DNA of 64,000 nucleotides from Lytechinus pictus (lineage: Eukaryota). Of the stretch, positions 26,790 to 41,925 are shown piece by piece. How positions within the stretch are numbered: the first letter of the stretch is position 1; each line of letters opens with the position of its first letter. A program made the position numbers and the translations under genes. The notes beneath the pieces were generated by a model that saw only the letters and a list, made by a program, of their open reading frames with translations, searched no databases and was not told the DNA's origin. Where the stretch lies: positions 7,814,001 through 7,878,000 of the forward strand of contig NC_087250.1 in assembly GCF_037042905.1 (NCBI RefSeq). Direction: 5' to 3'.

Positions 26790-29700
26790 TAGAAATGCCG
26801 TTTCCTAACCCTGGAAATGTCTTCATGCATATAACACCCCCTTCGAGATAAGATCGGTTTACTGAACCATCCGAATTTATGAGAGAATTTTTAATCGGCG
26901 ATCTGGCTAGCAATACGTTGCGAGTGTTTAACGCATTTGTGATGAAAGAAAATTGATGAACATGTTTTTGTTTTAATGAAAAAAACCTTATAACAAGAAT
27001 TTGAGTGGTCAGTAAACCAATCTTTATATACTTTAAAGCAGAATTTTACTAGTTCATCACTTCCAGTTATAAGGGCAGTCTCCTGTCCTGGCTTCTATAA
27101 TAAAACTTTAATTTCTAAAAATCAAGCTCTGTAACCAGTTTGCGGCTATATTGACGTTAAAGTAGTCCAGAAATATCTAATAATATCTATCTTAACCTGA
27201 CGTTACCATCTCAGTTTCTGATCATTGTCAGTCTTTACAATTTTGAGGAAATTTTAATGAAATGTAAAGCAGTTCCTTTGCTGTACAATATCGGTGCAAG
27301 AAGACTGGTAGTGATGTGCTAGGCCATGTTTTTTTTTGTACTTACGGCCTTTTAACGATTACACTCCCATTTGCTGTCTGCATGCAAAGTAACTATCACC
27401 AATCAATTACCGCTCACCAATTACATTATTAATTGCAAAATAGATTATATAATAAGTGAAAGCTAAAAAGATTGGTAAATGTATCTTTGAATCTTTAAGG
27501 AATTTACTTTGGATCTTTGAATTGTTGATTCATGTAGAGTATATTACCACTCACAGAGTATACTCATACATTGGATACAGACAAGGATTTTATTATTTTT
27601 TTTTTAGTCTATGCATGAAAACGTATTCAATTCCATTCTTTGGAGAGGAGGCATGTAGTGTGTTTTATTCATTTGAGAAAAAAAATAGAGACAAATCAAG
27701 TGTTATTTTAGTTTGTAAATACTGAAATCCATTCGAATTAGCTATCTTAATGAAAATGCAATGCATTTCTTGCCTTTTGTGCCATAATACTGATGCAAGA
27801 AAATTTTTATATAACAGAAAACACTAAATAGGCATTTTAACTATTTATGTCGTATGGGAGAAGCATATTGTGTGCTTCAGTAAACAAAATTGTTTTCCAA
27901 AATAGGGGACTCGTCTAATCCCTTTATTAATATAACTCGCCAATGTAGTCCACTTTTAGATGTTTTTTTAGAATTTTTCTTATTAAGAACTCTACCTTAT
28001 TTTGATATTTGCGTGATAGTTGAACCCTTTCTGTGCAACTTGCTTAATTGAAAGAGCGCCCTCTTTAGTTTTAGTCAAGGCATGTCTCAGGCTTTCAACC
28101 ATTAGTTTTCTCCATTCCTGTTTCTCATTTGGTGGTGGTAAAACTAAATCACTAAATCAAAAGAGATAAAAATATAAATTCTTGGTGTTTTCATTTATTA
28201 TCATAGTTTGCTTTGGTAAATAAATCAGCAATTTCCACAACAATTGAATTTATTTCAAGGTGCTTGCATAGCTCAAATCAAATCATATGCCATATGCAGT
28301 AGTTTAGCTCTGCATTACATATCAACTGCTTAATTGTGTTCATAATATATTCCATATTTATACCGTATTGTCTCAAACATATTAAGCACGTAAATGTAGC
28401 TGTTATTGTCGCATGCATTAAAATCATATCATGACCCAGATCACTCATTTATATTATATTATACTCATTATTCAATTTTCGTCATTTTGTATGATTTTTG
28501 TTTATTATGCCCCTTTTCATTATGTGAAAGGTATTGGGACATTGGGAAATGTATTTGTTACCGTGTATCCACTTGCGGTGTATTATTTATCGTTAGAAAT
28601 CTAGAAATGAATGGACATGTAGAATTCCTTTATCCTTTGATTCTTCATCAAGACTGTTCCAAGTGCCTTTAATGCCATTTTGCTTCCCAAATTGAGCTAT
28701 GGTTTTGGAAATGTGGTGTTGCATGTGGCTCCTTGTTTGTGGGAGAGCGAGAGAGACGCTTTGTTCATTATTGTTGGAATGTGCTTTAAGTCCTACTGCA
28801 TCCCATGTTTTGGTGTGCGTGTTGATTACATGGCTTTGCATGTGGCTCTTCCTGCTGAGGATAGTATGTTCCAGATTTTGCCTTTATGGAGTTGTACCCT
28901 TCTGTCACTGAGAATAAGGATGGCATGTATTGACATGGAGTGGTGGTAGAAGGGAATATGTGCTGGGTTGTGTTATTTTATACAATGAAACGCGAATGGT
29001 GTTTGAATCTGAGTTTAGATCTTTTACAAGTATCTCAACTCACGGCCTGCATAAGGTCATGTACTTATTGTCAGAAGTAGGACATTTTTCTATTTTTTAA
29101 ACAGTTTTTCATTTATTTAGCATTTACTTACCAGCACTTCAAATAAAAACCACACGTACAGATGAGTCCATTTTAAAACACAGTGACTAGTCTTCTCCTG
29201 AGGATTTCCTTTATATCTTATTTTCTTCTGTTTGTTTCAAACCCCCTACTGAGACACTGCAAGATTTTCACCCACAAACATGATTGGTGAAAGAATGGTT
29301 GGAATCTTGCAGTGGTTGAGGTGGTAAAGCTCGCACCCTCTCTCTCTGAACTCTAAACACTGAAGGGGAACATACATGTACTTTTGGGGCAGAATTTATT
29401 TGTGCCATGGTTACAATTCCCACATTTTCTTTTACTTCAGTGTTTATGATTTTTAAATATTTTTTCTTCAGAACACTCTAACAAATAAAACACCTCATGA
29501 TGATATCTGACTCACTTTACATTTCACTGATGTACAATGCCATACATTTTTTTATAGTTTTCATCACAATTTTTGTTTTATTTCAAAACATTAATTTTAT
29601 CAATTTCCCATTATCGACACATCATGAATCCAGTGGTGAATTTCTTGGTGGTATATTCACGTATTATTTTTTTTCAGCTGATTTAAATTGTATTCTTTTA

Positions 29701-30675
29701 TAACTTTCCACAAACCAGCCGCTCTGAATCATTTTTTCTCACTAATTAGGCTTACCATCAGTCACATAACCTTTGAATCTGGATAAAAAAGTGTATTTGA
29801 ACATACACTTCTAATATGGACACTCTTTAATTTAGATCAGCTTAAATCAATTCTTTAATTCAGCATATTTTTGCAATACTACCTTCAGTCAAATTTCACT
29901 ATTTTTCGCATGGAACACTTGCTAATTTGAGAGTGCAGGCATGGGATTTAGTGCAGTTACAACATTCTTTTCATTATTTCCTTTGATTACTGTAAGTAAA
30001 TTGAGTAACAATTTTTTTTCATCGATTGTTAAGTCGAGACTTTTTTAAGATGTTACCGTTTTCTTATCTCCTATTGACTTTTTATTATATAGAAAATGAT
30101 TAATTGACATGATTTACCTTTTTCATTTTCACTCCAGTTTATTTTTTTTAATAGCAGTTACTTATAAAATGATTGAATTGAATGATTAAATTGGATAAAT
30201 TGAATATAGAACAAAAAATTCTTGTCCTTGTTAAAACATTTTACCATTAAAGGTATTGAAACAGTCATGAAACTATAACATTGGGTAATTTCAATTTGTG
30301 TTCCAAGATAAAGTTGTGATTTCAGATTCTAAGTAAATGAAGCCTTTTGAACGTGCTAAATATTTTTCCATCCAAAATGAGAAAATGTTATGAATTTGTT
30401 TTTTTCTCTTTTAAATTCAACCATGGAATAATTATTTTACCCATTATTGAATCATATTTACCTAGATATTAGTGCGCCCTCTATTTCAGACCAAGAGAAC
30501 AACTAATGTTACTTGTTGATGACTTTTGAACCCAATCATACATATGCCTGGGTTAAATTTTGCTTTGATGATTGCTTCATGATAAATGTATCATCAAACT
30601 AAAAGCAGTCGACAATAAGGCTTACCTATTCCTCTTTGTGGAATAATCTGTCAAATTATCTGTGTTTCATTTCAG

Positions 30676-30683
30676 ATGAGTAA
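30676..30683 (+). CDS. Probable terminal coding bit (D-E-stop) of a short isoform
   Basis: tgtttcatttcag|AT GAG TAA; phase 1 is compatible with 26748. Confidence 0.5.
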
Positions 30684-33600
30684 AGGGGATAGCACGTAAC
30701 CTTGTCTGCCCATCTCATCATAGAGTCTGTACTTTCTTCTTCTTACTGCTACCTTTATAACGGGTTGTGGGCAGGGTCTCCAGAGAAATTGTGTAAAAGA
30801 GTAGAGGGGATAGTACAAAGCCTTGCCTGCCCATCATGCCATAGACTCTGTACTACTACGAACTGCTACCTTTGTAGCAAGGGGTTAGGGGTGGGATCTT
30901 CCAAGGGGATTTTACGATGGCTGATGGCGCATCCCATATATTGTTTTAATGTCTGACGTGAGCCCCACACTACTCCAAGAGTTCTGACTATGATGAGTGA
31001 TATCTCATTGTCATTTCGTCATCGAATCTTGGCAACAAGGGCAATATTTTCTTATATCTCCCACCTGAGAGGTTGGGATATAAGAGCTGACACTATTAGA
31101 TCTAGTTTGATTACAGTAAGCCTTTGGATCTAGTCAAAACATCGATTTGGAAACCTCATCAATCTGCAAACAAAAATGAAATTTCTACATTGATCATCTT
31201 TTGTATGCTGGGACCATACTTTTGCAACCATCACCGAGGGAGTATCGCCTTGGTCAATAGATTATTTTGCAAGAAGGAAAGATATATTTTTTGCTTGACT
31301 TCACATCGAAGATTATTTTGCTGGTGATATTATATAGTAGACATGATGATTATTTTGCAAGCTGTTTATATATGACATTGCTTTTGGGTGATTATGAATG
31401 TTGAAAGAATGTCGTAGAAAGAAAGAATGAGAAAAACATGATTTTGCTACTGGAAATGAATTTAAGAAGCTATTGAATGGGAGCAAGAAAGTGAGAAGGA
31501 GTGAGAAAGAGAGTGAGTGAGTGAGGATGGTGTAGTGTGAAGATGTTTTTCAATGCAATAAGCGTGAAATACAACAAGGGGAGATGCAAAATTGTAATGT
31601 ACTTTCTTATTAACTCATAAGAATCTTTTAATTCTTTTTAAATCTTTAAAATAAGTGTTTTTAGAATCTGTGTCTCTTGCTATTATCATAGCCTATTGTG
31701 CGTACTCTCTGCCTTCATCTCATCATCTGTTTTATGTCCTACATTGTTAGTCTTCCGGCCGAGGCTCTGGAAACACAAAACTTGGCAATTGATCGCAGGG
31801 CTTATTTTTTTTATTGTTTCCATTGATCATTGCATGGAATCAATCATAAAAAAATCAATCTTATCAATTTCTCACATACATGTATGTGTTTCAGCCCTCT
31901 TCGGCTCTGTTACAACTAACACATAGCTTAGCTATTGATCATTGGTTGAGTTAACTGACAGATCAGTCGTAAAAATCAGCCCCACATCAATCGCCAAGCT
32001 CTGTGAAAAGGGGCCCTGGTCTCTCTCTCTCTGTAAACAAATGGTGTCGGGACACTCTTAGCTTCGCACTCGCTTCAATATACAGAATTACAGCTCACCC
32101 GTACTTCGGAAAGGGTTACATTTTCACCGGCATTGTGCAAGTTGCTGTAGATATAATATTTTTTTAAACATATTTTAGTGAGTTATGGTTCAACTAATTT
32201 TTATGTAAGTAAAATTCAAAGATCGGGGACCTGTAACACGAAGCGTAGCAATCATCGTGGAGTGTTCTTTTTTACGATTGATTGCATTAACTACAATGTA
32301 CAATTAATTGTGAAAATGCACCGTACGAATAATCGCTAACCTTTGTTTTACCGAACCCTGTTTTTAAAGCAGAATGCAGCAGTACATATTTGTATTTTAC
32401 TTTTTTTTTCGCTGCTATAACAAAAGGGAATGTGGTATATTATATGTTCTTGAGACTGAGTTATAAACTTTTTATGTAGAATGCAATCTCCGTGCACAAC
32501 GTCGGCATATTTTGTATTATTTATTTTGGGAGAAATCCCACAGCTTTTATACAACAGGGTCCAAAATGAAAAGACATTTATGCTTGTATAAGTACCTGTA
32601 CTTTCCATCCACTTATATATATTTGTAGGTTTTAAAAAATGAACAATTAAGGAAAATCATTGAAATTTGCTTTATCGTAGGATATCCTTATGTAAGTCTT
32701 ATTAGAAAATTGACATTTCCATTTTAGATGTGGACAAAGGGAGAAGGAAATGTTCATAATAAATTGAAGAATATATTTGTATAATTAAGTTTATAAAAAT
32801 ATTAATTAGTTAAGCTATTAAATGTTTCTAATTGGTTTTGGGGGTGTTTGTATTAGACAAAATTTGATTTGTACATAGCAATAATAGGAATATGCTGTCA
32901 GATAATTTATCCTTGATTTATAAGTAGCAACAGTATTATTATCTGCTACATCGGCTCAACAATCGAAAAGTAATTCCACTCTGAGTTATCAGCATTATCC
33001 ATTATCTTGCCCATATAATGTCTAATGTCTATGCATTTCATACACTCTACCGCTCATTGGTAGCATAACACTGTAAACACTTAAAGTGTTAAGATTAACG
33101 CCAGACAGTTTGTGAGAGGAATGCACCCAGCACAAAAATACACCATTGAGTTTGAATGTGACACTGAATAGTGTTCATGTAACAAATGGAATGTGTTATA
33201 ATAACTCCTATGGGTGTTGAACTAGCACCATGATTTTAACATTGGTGTAAAGTGTTTGGTGCTTTCCTCTCACAACACTGATCGGTCAAGTGTAAACACC
33301 ATAGCTTTTTTATACTGTGGTTGCAACATCACATTAAAAATGCCTCTATTTCTATGGAAAGTGTTAAAGAAAATCCTCAAGATTGAAGGGTCAATATTTT
33401 CTTATATTGCCCGGTTATATTAACTGTTTTCCACAAAGAGGGCAATAGCAATGTGCTCTTAACTGCAGGTACTTTGTTCTGTGCGAATAGGTCACCGAAG
33501 CATGGCTTGATATTTGAATCCTGCCCTGTACAATACAAATACCCTTTAAGAGGACATTGTGCTACGATTGCCACTCTCCACCCGGGTGTTAAATGGAGTT

Positions 33601-34480
33601 CTGGTTGGAGGAAAGTCATTGGAAGACAGAGGATATAATTCTATATTACAGCTCCACATGGCAATGGTGTAATATTTTGAATGATTGTTCTTGAGATGTA
33701 CATTGAGTTTCTCCCAGCCAGGCATTTTGACAACCAATATTAAAACGATCACACGGTATTTTTGCTCACTTTCAAATTATATCGACTGTGCATCTCATGC
33801 ATATTATACTGTGGAGCATTTCATATTGATTTGTTTTTACAAAGTACACAAATTAATAGAAACAGTAAGGAGTGTTGCCAATTTGAGGATGGAAGATTAC
33901 TAGTGAAATCTGCATATCTCTATGGGTTCGTATTATTGTGTTTCTGTTCTGTAACCTAAGATAAATGCACAAAGACTCTTTGGTACGTTTAGAGCAATAA
34001 TATCTCAATTTTCTTCCATGATGTAATCAACACATTTATTTGTTATTTAAGTTTCATTCTAAATATTTTGCCAGTGCTCTGTCTTTTATATTATTGGCTT
34101 CATGCAATATACTTCACCAATTAAGCAATTTTGTGACTTTAAGCTATTTCTGAAAATTAAAATGTGGCCTTTTCAAAGAAGAATTGGAACCAATTATTAC
34201 TATATGAACAACAAGTTTGAATATTGAGCTTTGCAAAAATGTATTGCATCAATAATTAAGAATTTAACATAAATTAAAATGGTGGTATATGACCACCAAT
34301 TATAGCATAATGAAATGGATTTTTATACACATTTTCAAACTTGATGAAGAGCTTAGCACTCAAGACACTTCAGTAATGTTTTGTTATGTTTCTCATTCTC
34401 ACATGTAATGTCCGATGTATACTTATATGTAATCTAAGGGGTTTTGTTGTTTAATAAAATGATTATTGGAGTTTTTCATT
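30684..34480 (+). other. Putative long 3'UTR with polyadenylation signal AATAAA at 34453
   Basis: Follows the stop; AT-rich; AATAAA is followed by U/GU-rich sequence. Confidence 0.4.
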
Positions 34481-35344
34481 AACAGCTTTGTAGTTGTATC
34501 TGTTCTTTTAATCTGAAGCATACGAAAGCAAATCGGTGGTTAATATCCAAAAAAGTGGTTCCTTTTGAATAAGCCAGTTCGGACTTCCATTACGCACATG
34601 GTCAGAAAAAAGTCATTTGTACTAAAGTGGCATGGCGGTTTAATATTTAATGGGATGAGCACCAACTTTGATGTCTTGATTATTCATATATTCTTCTGAA
34701 TTGTGTTTTTCATTACATCCACATAAAACAATGCGTCCACTAGCGACTGGTATTTCACAGTTGGCCAAGTCATTGTTATAGCAATATGCTAATGCATTCA
34801 TGCTAATGCATTCAAAGTAGAAATGCAACAAAGACCTTCATTATTCATAGAGCGTTCATTGGTGTGCTTTTCCAGTCACCTGGTCTCTGCAATTTCTGCA
34901 TCCTGCTATGTAAGGCAAGCTTACGTAATATCTTGCTTTGATATATGCCTATCATAATGAAAGAAATGAAAGGTCATTTGACCAAAATTGCCCATGCTGT
35001 CACTCCGAACTGGTTTATTCACAGCAAAAACAAAAAAAGTGAGCATTTCATATGCAAGTTATATGCAATACAACAGGGATCACTCAACTATTATTCTCTG
35101 AATGTGATCACAGATTTTCCAACCTGAATGTGTTTACCCCAGTTTCGAAATACACTCCTATTTGGAATATTTGATTTTTTTTTTGGGGTTATAATTTTAT
35201 ACCTTGAAATAAATTCCCATAAAACAAGAAAGGTTCAAACGTGTATGGTTTATTTAGAAGAAAAGTTGAGTGGTCCCTGCTTGGTCTTGTTTCATATCTG
35301 TTGCTCCATTTTTTATTATGATGTCATGTTTATCTTTCTCCCTT

Positions 35345-36444
35345 TCCCCTATACCAGTTGGTCTTATATACCAATTTGTCTTTTTTACAGGTTGATCTGA
35401 AACTAGTTGGGTCTTACACCAATTGGTCTTTTGCCGTTTTGGCTTATACCAGTTGGTCTTAAACCGGTTTGGCTTATACCAGTTGATCTTATAAGAATTG
35501 GTCTTATACCAATTGGTTTTATTCCATTTGGTCTTATACCAATTGGTCTTTTGCCGGTTTGGCTTATACCAGTTGGTCTTATATTAATTGGTCTTATACC
35601 AATTGGTTTTGTACCAGTTGGTCTTATACCAGTTGGTCTTAAACCAGTTTGGCTTATACCAGCTGATCTTATACTAATTGATCTTATACCAATTGGTTTT
35701 ATACCAGTTGGTCTCATACCAGTGGGTCTTAAAGCAATTGGTCTTTTACCAATTTGTCTTATACCACTTAGTCTAATACACACTAGTTTGCCTATACCAG
35801 TTGGTCTTAAACCAGTTCTTATACCAGCCAATCTTATACTAGTTGGTCTTGTACTAGTTGGCCTGATACCAGTTGGTCTTATAGCAATTGGCCTTTTACC
35901 AATTGGTATTATACCAGTCAATTTTATACTAGTCTGTCTTATACCATTTGGTCCTACACCAAATGGTCTCTTTACATTTTATTCTATTCCAGTTCATGGA
36001 GGAATTGGTTGTTAAAGAATTGGATTAGACCTTGAGGAATGAGACCAAACATGCACTAGGCCAATTGAGATAAGACCATGTAGGATGAGACCAAACATGC
36101 AATAGACCAGTTGAAATAGGACCATGTATCACGAGACCAGACCAAATGTAGACCAATTGAGATGAAAACAAGTGACATGATACTAAGCATGCATTAGAAT
36201 AAGAAAGATGAGACCTACTCGGCATAGACTAGTTGGGATGAGACCAAATGGCATTAGACCAATCCAGTCGCCCTTTTCATAAAGGACTTGCAACTGTTGT
36301 AACTTTGCCATAATTGGCAACTACCATGGTAACAGGGCTCTGCAGCCAATCATTATCAAGGTTTCCATAGTAGCTGGCAAAGTTACAACAGTTGCAAGTC
36401 CTTAATGAAACAGGCCCCACGTTGGACCAAGTGGCAATTTACCC
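35345..36444. repeat. 15-bp tandem array (ATACCAGTTGGTCTT) with an inverted degenerate arm; expanded relative of the 44456 element, with a small nested palindromic MITE at ~36268-36418
   Basis: Direct reading; ends GGCAATTTACCC like 44811. Confidence 0.8.
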
Positions 36445-36869
36445 ATAACTTATTTACAATTCTAGCTTGCCATCTTAGATTGAAAGTGCTTAGAAAATGG
36501 TTCTATTGTTAGTCTCTGTGCAGTGCGAGTTTCACAGATATTATATCAAATAACCTTTAAGCTAGACCTTGGGTTCAATGCCAAGCAAGAAATCTTTTCT
36601 AGAAAAAGGAAAATTAATACTTAATTCTCTTTATACATTCTTAACATTTTCAAGCCGCAATGGTTGACATCATTCTCTCACTTACTTGAATGTAATTCAC
36701 TAACATCCGTCTTCTGCTGTCTCTGTTTGATAGTCAGCTAGGTAATTGCCATTCAAAAAATTTCAATATCAGGTAACAAGTTTTCTTTTCATGTTCTGTT
36801 TTCTAACATTAACAAGCTAGATTTGATATAGCATTGTAATGATAATTAATTATTTAGAGATAGCTTTGA

Positions 36870-36929
36870 TTGTTTAGTTGATTGATTGGTTGGTTGATTG
36901 ATGGATTGGTTGATTTGTTGTTTAATTAG

Positions 36930-36960
<31 letters not shown>

Positions 36961-37058
36961 GATAGATTGATGAATTGATTGATAGATTGATGAATAGATT
37001 GATTGATTGATAAATTGAATGATAGATTGATTGATAGATTGATTGATTGAATTGATTA
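36870..37058. repeat. (GATT)n microsatellite
   Basis: Direct reading. Confidence 0.92.
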
Positions 37059-37113
37059 ACAAATGGAATTTCTTAACCCATAGAGGTAGAGTGTCTCCAG
37101 CAAAATACCCCAA

Positions 37114-37612
37114 AAGGCGTATTCAGACCCCCTCGATGACCAGAGTACCCGTTAATTCACGAGTCCTTGTTTAGGCCTTAAAATAACCAATAATTATTTT
37201 CCACGTTCATACCGATCCGAGGAAGACCCTTTATGGTAAGTTCTCAAAGTTACGAGCATGGGCAGTATGATCAGATAAGCAGGCAATTAGGCACGAGATT
37301 CAAAGTCGCAAGCTCAGCAGCCACCCACGGCGCCTGCGCCCATCTATGAACCCTGGACAAAGAACGTTCCCATAATTTGTTTTCACACTGCCAAAAAAAT
37401 ACCTCTGAACTTAGAAAAATCCGCGCAACATTTCTCGTAATTTTGACCTAGTACCTACTATTTAGCGGGTATTTTCTTTCGGGGATATTATGTATAATTT
37501 GCTTTCACCCTGCCAAAATTACCGGGTAATTTTTGATCGGGTTAGATCAGGGCAGATTTCCCAATCAGAAAATACCTGGAACTGATGAACTTGAGGCAGT
37601 CTGAAAGCACCT
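37114..37612 (-). mobile_element. Inverted, diverged copy of the 41926-42402 MITE
   Basis: Shares GTACCTACTATTTAGCGGGTATTTT and the terminal motifs. Confidence 0.75.
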
Positions 37613-38069
37613 ACTCAGTTCCTCTTTAACCTGAATGTTAGCAATTACATTCTAGAGAGAGAGAGAAAAATGTATTTAAAAAAAATGATTCCCAGTGCCA
37701 GCATTTGATGCCATATCTGAATAAAGAATGCATCGCATTGGAAATAATAGTTAGAACAATTACTTAAATAATGATGAAAGAATGCAAATTGGCAATTTTT
37801 TTTCAAATTATTCTTCAATCATTAACTTTGACTCAGGTTTATCCATATAATTTTTTCATGACATGAAAATGAGTAGAATATTTATGAATTTTGCCAAACT
37901 GAGTAGCTTGTGAACGCTTTTGTGGGCAAGGTATAAGTGATCAATATGAGTTTTAAGGGGTTTTTCATGATAGTAGGAAATATTTTATAATAAAAAATTA
38001 AACAGCAAAAGATTATACTCTTCAGATGTGATGAAAAACATTTCAAATTTGACAAAAGTGTTTTTTTTT

Positions 38070-38245
38070 TAATTATTATTATTTTGTTTGGCGTCACCTG
38101 TGCCTGGGAGGCGAAAAGCGAACTGAATCACTATGACCCGCAGGTCTCTCCTCCTGATATAACTGATTGGGGGGGAATGCAGGTGGACCACTACACCGGG
38201 GTTTCCCCCTACTCTTATACGAATAGTGCAGTGGGTTCTTAACGT
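38070..38245 (-). mobile_element. SINE 3' half with a Deu/Nin-like core, 5' truncated
   Basis: Reverse strand reads ACGTTAAGAACCCACTGCACTATTCGTATAAGAGTAGGGG... and ends in (AAT)n. Confidence 0.55.
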
Positions 38246-38949
38246 TTAAAGTATGGGAAAACCATCGGTGTGTATGAAAACCATCCCATATCTGAATATC
38301 TGTTGGCAGAAATGTACTAATTCTAAACTAAGCAGCTTAAAATAAGTATGTATACAACATTTGATCTTCATGAAGCAATGTATTCGAAAGCCAGTTAAAA
38401 AACGTAGAAGAAGAAAATTAAAAGAAAGAATGAAAATCAATTCAAACAAAAATTGAAGAAAAATAAATAAATGACTTTGGGATGAAGTGTAACTAACCAA
38501 CAGATGATGATTTTTTTTAGTATGAAACTTCTCTATGAAGGACTGTTTGAAGAGTTAAATGATTGAAAATAATAAAATCTTTAAAAAAAAAAAAATCCTC
38601 TACTTAAGCCAGTGGCTGCAAAAACCGTGTACAAAAACATAAGAAATGATTTGATTGTGATTTTTTTTGTCAGCAAAACTTTCTAAAATGTTCTGCGGTC
38701 CCTGTCAAATGATAGTTTCTTGGATGTAATAGAATTCTTCAGGAATTTTTCAATGACCAAAGTTGTTCTTAAAATTGTTCTGAGCCAATCAGATGTATGG
38801 ATTTCAGTAGTTTTTAACAAAAAACTACTTGGTTTCATGAAATGCTCCCCTGGAAGCATTTGCTTGTGCCTGAATGATGATGGTAATGTCGCCCTCTCTT
38901 GTTCACTGCCCATAGAGTTTCAACCATTTGGAGTAGGCAGAATTTGACT

Positions 38950-39330
38950 GGTTTATTTTCAGTTGGTCTTATGCCAATTCGTCAAATTACCAATTTGTCT
39001 ACTGTCTATCATTTGATCTACCATCAATTCGTCCACTATCTACATGTTCTGAATGCCATTTCGTCCAATCACCATTTGGTCTAATAACGAGTTGGTCCAA
39101 TAGCTGTTTAGATTTAGTCTAATTGGACTTAGTGATCAAAATGAAATGGATATTTGACCAAATGGTTATGAGATGAAATGGTCATAGATGAACTGGTGAT
39201 TAGACAAAGTGATGATTGGACCAAACGGTTGTTAGAGAAAATGTTGATAGACAAAATTGCATGAGACTAAATTAAGATAGACCATGTGGTGAGTTGACGA
39301 GTTGGCAGTAGACAAATCAGCAAATTGATA
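38950..39330 (+). mobile_element. Copy of the 44456-44811 element
   Basis: GGTTTATTT...GCCAATTCGTC...GAACTGGTGATTAGAC shared. Confidence 0.75.
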
Positions 39331-39470
39331 AAGTCAGGTATTAACTACAATGGAAACAAATGGATGACTACTTGTTAACTACATTGTATATCATGAAATC
39401 AACAATATATTATAAACTCATTGATCGATCAGTTTTAGCCAAATCAAATAGCACGTATCGGAGGGGGAGG

Positions 39471-40012
39471 CCGGGGGGGGGGGGGGGCACTCAGTATATA
39501 ATGCATAGTGGGTATGTGCCGCGGAGGGGACCCACATTTTTACACTCAAATTTCCGTTCCAAGGCATTGCATTTTTGTCTTATCGAGAAAAAGAACAAAG
39601 AAAGCCGCTCCAAAGCATAGCATTTTCTTATCGAGAAAAAAGAAGAAAGAAATCCGCTCCAAAGCTTCGCATATTTTCCGTTACGCCGTTCCGGTCGCAT
39701 TGATCTGCGACAATGAGCCGCAATTTTGGTGAAAAGCGGCCGCAGAGTGCTGTCCGACCATCGCCTCTGTGCTAGCGCACCCGGCGCCCTTGCCGCCGCT
39801 GCTGCATGCACGTTCCATAGGGATGCATACGCACTCACATGCAGGCGACCCGTTCCAAGGACCCCAGTTTTCACAAACATTTGTAGTTCCGAAGCCCGTC
39901 CTGAGGACCCTCCTTTTTACAATAAGCCCGCTCCTAGGCCCCCTTTTTTGTCTCGCCAGCGGCACATACCTACTACTTTTTTGGTCGAGTACCCCCCCCC
40001 CCCCCCCCCCCG
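39471..40012. mobile_element. Non-autonomous element with CCGGG-polyG / polyC-CCGGG ends
   Basis: GGGGCACTC...GGGTATGTGCCGC is mirrored by GCGGCACATACC...GAGTACCCCC. Confidence 0.75.
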
Positions 40013-40284
40013 GGGGGGGAGGCTTATATCTTTTTTTAGGAATATGGGAAATATTTCTATTCTATTTATACATTCATGCTAAACTGGCAATCTACAAAAA
40101 TAATTTAGCGATGAATGGGGACCCATTTGCAAATATCAGTCCATATGACATAAAGGGTTAATGGTCCATTTTGATTGCCCGTAGACGCGCAGGATGTCTA
40201 CCTTCTACTGAGAGTGCCCCGCCCGCCCCTTCCGATGTAAAATAAGGCCTAAGATAGCCCTATTGGTAAATTCACTGACCCTGT

Positions 40285-40892
40285 TTAAAGGGATGGTCTG
40301 GGCTGAAAATATTTATATGTAAATAAATAGAGTAAAATTCACAGAGAAAAATGCTGAAAATTTCATCGAAATCGGATAACAAATGACAAAGTTATTGAAT
40401 TTTAAAATTTATCAATATTTTGTGAAAACAGTTATATGCACATTGTCATGAATATTCATTAGGTGAGTTGATGATGTCACATTCCCACTTTCCGTTTTCT
40501 TATGTTATTACATGAACTCACAAATGTTTCATTTTTTCATACATGTGTTAATGATGTGTCTCCATTATGATGAAATAAGTTGCGGCAATAAATAACTAAT
40601 GCACTTAATCAGTTGTCAATCCCATTATTTTAGTTCTTGGTAGAAAATTTTTGAATAAACCTAATTTCATATAATAAAATACAAAAGAACATGATGACAT
40701 CATCAGCCCACTTACTGAATATTCATGAAGACGTGCTTAAAACTGTTTCACCGGAATAATGAACATCTTTTAAAAAATCCAATATCTTTGTTATTTGTTA
40801 TCCGATTTTGATCAGATTTTCAGCATTTTGCTCTGCGAATTTTACCTTATTTATTGAGATATAAATATTTCCAGCCTGGACCATCCCTTTAA
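40285..40892. mobile_element. TTAA MITE family B
   Basis: TTAA-AGGGATGGTC...GGACCATCCCT-TTAA. Confidence 0.9.
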
Positions 40893-41057
40893 ATACATCT
40901 CCAAGAGGGTTACATCCTTAAATTTTTATTGATAGCTGACATATGAATGGGGTGATTGACATTCCTTTCATATCATCTTGGTATAGGGTAGAGAGAAAGA
41001 TTAAATGTTGTGCCCCCCCCCTTGATCCACAATCCCTTCAGTCTAGAGCACACATGA

Positions 41058-41460
41058 AGGGCCGTCTTCACCAGCCCGAGTTTTCAAATTAGCGCGCTAT
41101 TTCTGATCAGGCAAATTAGCCGGATCTGATCAATCTCGAGATTATTTATAATGGAGATGCAATTATCGTGCTAGTTCGTAGGATTAATCTCGAGATTGCA
41201 ATCCGAAGTCAACTTGGGATTATTTGAAAAATAGCACACAAATTTACAAATTATCCCACTAATTCGCAAGTGCAGAAGCACTCAGGAATATTTTATTCAC
41301 GGCGTCAGACCATAATGCATCGATGTCTCGCTCAAGCAGGAATCGTCTCTTCTTGCGATGGTGGAGACAGGATTTCTTGAATCTCGAGATTAATCGCAAA
41401 GAGGGCCCATCGGACTAAAATCTCGAGATTGAGCAAACTCGGGCTGGTGCAGCACCGCCT
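41058..41460. mobile_element. MITE (CACCAGCCCGAGTTT / AAACTCGGGCTGGTG TIRs)
   Basis: Inverted ends and repeated AATCTCGAGATT palindromes. Confidence 0.7.
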
Positions 41461-41925
41461 CTGTAATTACACCCCCATTTCACTCATGAGTTAAATCATT
41501 GCTCATCAAAAAAATCATAAAAAATCAATCCCTCCATAGATTTCGTTTTAATTCTTTGACATTAATCACAATGAATAGTGCAACAAAACCAGATATGTTA
41601 ATCGGGTATTCGTCCAGCTCAAACAAATTTTAATTATAATTTCGGTCAGTTCTAGGTGAGAAAAAAGAAACTGCATTGCGGTTAATATTTAATTGAAATT
41701 AAATACAAAAATGCAGTCTAGCTCCCCCCAAAAGCCCTAATTATGAAAGAATATGAACATAGCAATGTCTTTTAATTTTATACTTTGATATACATACATT
41801 TTGTCTGTGTTTGATGAATATTATTATTTTGATCAATTAAGTCATGTGATCTTTATGCCTGTCCAGAATGCATTGGGCGCGGATAAATTATTCATGTGTG
41901 CCCTCTGGTGAAGACACTCCTCATA

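Noticed and set aside
28054..28066. CTCF-like GAGGGCGCT half-sites (also 22339, 30473)
   Set aside because: Only partial matches; one lies inside a MITE TIR.
35403..36015. 172/202-aa pentapeptide ORFs
   Set aside because: Artefacts of the 15-bp tandem repeat, open on both strands.
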